From the NCBI GenBank assembly GCA_964016885.1, contig OZ024743.1, positions 372,310,001-372,374,000 on the forward strand: DNA of 64,000 bases. The letters are read 5' to 3'. The stretch is from Eledone cirrhosa (Eukaryota). Made by a program: the position numbers and the translations under genes. The notes beneath the pieces are model-generated. The model worked only from the letters and a program-made list of their open reading frames with translations, had not been told where the DNA came from and searched no databases. This document shows, piece after piece, positions 61,801-64,000 of the stretch (position 1 is its first letter; every line of letters begins with the position of its first letter).

Positions 61801-64000
61801 AAGTCCACTGTATCAACACCATAGTCACAACTACTGTAAGTCCACTGTATCAACACCATAGTCACAACTACTGTAAACCACTGTATCAACACCACAGTCA
61901 GAACTACAGTAAGACCACTTTATCCACACCATAGTCACAACTACTGTAAGACCACTGTATGAACACCATAGTCACACCTACTCTAAGATCACTGTATCAA
62001 CACCATAGTCACAACTACTGTAAGACCACTGTATCAACACCATAGTCACAACTACTGTAAGGCCACTGTATCCACAGAATAGTCACAACTACTGTAAGAC
62101 CACTGTATCCACACCATAGTTACAACTACTGTAAGACCACTGTATCAACACCACAGTCACAACTACTGTAAGACCACTGTATCAACACCCCACTCACAAC
62201 TACTGTTGGACCACTGTATCAACACCACAGTCACAACTACTGTAAGACCACTGTATCAACACCATAGACACAACTACTGTAAGACCACTGTATCAACAAC
62301 ACATTCACAACTACTCTAAGACCACTGTATCAACATCCCAGTTACAACTACTGTAAGACCACAGTATCAACACCTTAGTCACAACTACTGTACGACCACT
62401 GTATCAACACCATAGTCACAACTACTGTAAGACCACAGTATCAACGCCATAGTCACAACTACTGTAAGACCACTGTATCAACAATACAGTCATAACTACT
62501 CTAAGACCACTGTATCAAAACCATAGACACAACTATTGTAAGACCACTGTATCAACACCACAGTCACAACTACAGTAAGAGCACTGTATCAACACCATAG
62601 TCACAACTACTGTAAGACCACAGTATCAACACCATAGTCACAACTACTGTAAGACCACTGCATCAACAACACAGTAACAACTACTCTAAGACCACTGTAT
62701 CAACACCACAGTTACAACTACTGTAAGACCACTGTATCAACACCACAGTCACAACTATTGTAAGACCACTGTATCAACACCATAGTCACAACTACTGTAA
62801 GACCACTGTATGAACACCATAGTCATAACTACTGAAAGTCCTCTGTATCAACACCATAGTCACAACTACTGTTTAGACCACTGTATCAACACCACAGTCA
62901 TAACTACTGTAAGACCACTGTATCAACACCATAGTCATAACTACCGTAAGACCACTGTATCAACACCATAGTCACAACTACTGTAAGACCACTGTATCAA
63001 CACCATAGTCACAACTACTGTAAGACCAGTGTATCAACACCATAGTCACAACTATTGTAAGACCACTGTATCAACTCAACAGTCACAACTAGAGTAAGAC
63101 CACTTTATCAACACCATAGTCACAACTACTGTAAGACCACTGTATCAACACCATAGTCACAACTACTGTAAGGCCACTGTATCAACACCACAGTTACAAC
63201 TGCTGTAAGACCATTGTATCAACACCATAGTCACAACTACTGTAAGACCACTGTATCAACACCATAGTCACAACTACTGTAAGGCCACTGTATCAACACC
63301 ATAGTCACAACTACTGTAAGACCAGTGTATCAACACCATAGTCACAACTACTGTAAGACCACTGTATCAACACCATTGTCACAACTACTGTAAGACCACT
63401 GTATCAACACCACAGCCACAACTACTGTAAGACCACTGTATCAACACCATAGTCACAACTACCGTAAGACCACTGTATCAAGACCATAGTAACAACTACT
63501 GTAAGACCACTGTATCAACACCATAGTCACAACTACAGTAAGACCACTGTATCAACACCATAGTCACAACTACTGTAAGACCACTGTATCAACACCATAG
63601 TCACAACTACTGTAAGACCACTGTATTAACACCATAGTCACAACTACTGTAAGACCACTGTATCAACACCATAGTCACAACTACTGTAAGACCACTGTAT
63701 CAACACCATAGTCACAACTACTGTAAGACCACTGTATCAACACCACAGCCACAACTACTGTAAGACCACTGTATCAACACCACAGCCACAACTACTGTAA
63801 GACCACTGTATCAACACCATAGTCACAACTACTGTAAGACCACTGTATCAACACCATAGTCACAACTACTGTAAGACCACTGTATCAACACCACAGTCAT
63901 AACTAATGTAAGACCACTGTATCAACACCACAGTCATAACTACTGTAAGACCACTGTATCAACACCACAGCCACAACTACTGTAAGACCGCTGTATCAAC
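58225..64000. repeat. Duplication with offset 3677 bp (58225-60323 repeated at about 61902-64000, truncated by the window end)
   Basis: ACTACAGT 58226/61903, TTGG 58529/62206, CGACC 58716/62393, ACTGTTT 59191/62868, CCG 60311/63988. Several single-base differences separate the copies. Confidence 0.9.

Larger units (their letters stand above)
1..64000. repeat. Tandem satellite/minisatellite array, 37-bp monomer AAGACCACTGTATCAACACCATAGTCACAACTACTGT, about 1,730 copies, extends beyond both window ends
   Basis: The unit at 1-37 restarts at 38 (AAGACC...) and recurs head-to-tail throughout with scattered substitutions and few indels. Consensus composition is A14 C11 T8 G4. Common polymorphisms are GTCAC/GTCAT, CCATAG/CCACAG and TACTGT/TACCGT/TACAGT/TATTGT. 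Confidence 0.99.

Noticed and set aside
1-64000. CRISPR array (37 bp is a typical direct-repeat length)
   Set aside because: Repeats are contiguous with no unique spacers. There is no leader, no cas gene and no strong repeat hairpin.
1-64000. Mucin/adhesin-like Thr-rich repeat protein on + (DHCINTIVTTTVRPLYQHHSHNYCKTTVSTP)
   Set aside because: The 37-bp period shifts frame every unit. The consensus trimer contains TAG and TAA (…VSTP*SQLL*). Indels of 1, 14, 23 and 26 bp ignore frame.
1-64000. Minus-strand ORF (YSGLTVVVTMVLIQWSYSSCDYGVDTVVLQ)
   Set aside because: There are three stops per 111 bp (TAG, TGA, TGA), leaving open stretches of only about 30 codons. Any gene model here would probably be spurious.
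1-64000. Telomerase-type long telomeric repeat (GT-rich minus strand containing GGTGT, as in some budding yeasts)
   Set aside because: The length of at least 64 kb, heavy monomer variation and kb-scale duplications indicate recombinational expansion rather than templated synthesis. A recombination-maintained terminal satellite cannot be excluded without chromosomal position.
1-64000. Repeated regulatory motifs (GTAAG/GTAAGT splice-donor-like, ACCACA RUNX-like, TAAACA forkhead-like)
   Set aside because: These are short motifs multiplied trivially by repetition, with no gene context or functional evidence.
1-64000. Information-encoding or diversity-generating cassette system in the variant pattern
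   Set aside because: Variant order is accounted for by nested duplications and indels. No recombinase, reverse transcriptase, template/variable pair or expression site is visible.
1-64000. Sequencing concatemer or rolling-circle artefact
   Set aside because: Variants are reproduced exactly at fixed kb-scale offsets in a nested hierarchy, unlike random read error on a single circular template. Local mis-assembly of individual duplications remains possible.

Overview
The whole 64 kb window is one uninterrupted head-to-tail array of a 37-bp monomer (consensus AAGACCACTGTATCAACACCATAGTCACAACTACTGT, about 1,730 copies, one orientation, about 40% GC, A/C-rich on the + strand). It runs off both ends of the window. 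I found no unique sequence, gene, RNA gene, transposon insertion, inversion or CRISPR spacer. Because 37 is not divisible by 3, consensus translation cycles through all frames and hits 2 stops per 111 bp on + and 3 on -. It is best described as satellite/minisatellite DNA, probably eukaryotic; the taxon cannot be determined from the sequence. The informative signal is in the variants. The monomer is built from three 11/14/12-bp subunits that still mis-pair. Rare variant monomers reveal nested higher-order duplications with offsets of about 592, 1066 (x3), 1656, 2063, 2128, 2369/2406, 3677, 5162 and 11,934 bp, some with mappable breakpoints. I cannot support a new protein-coding or RNA-guided system here. 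Offsets were counted by hand from marker variants, and block boundaries are approximate.
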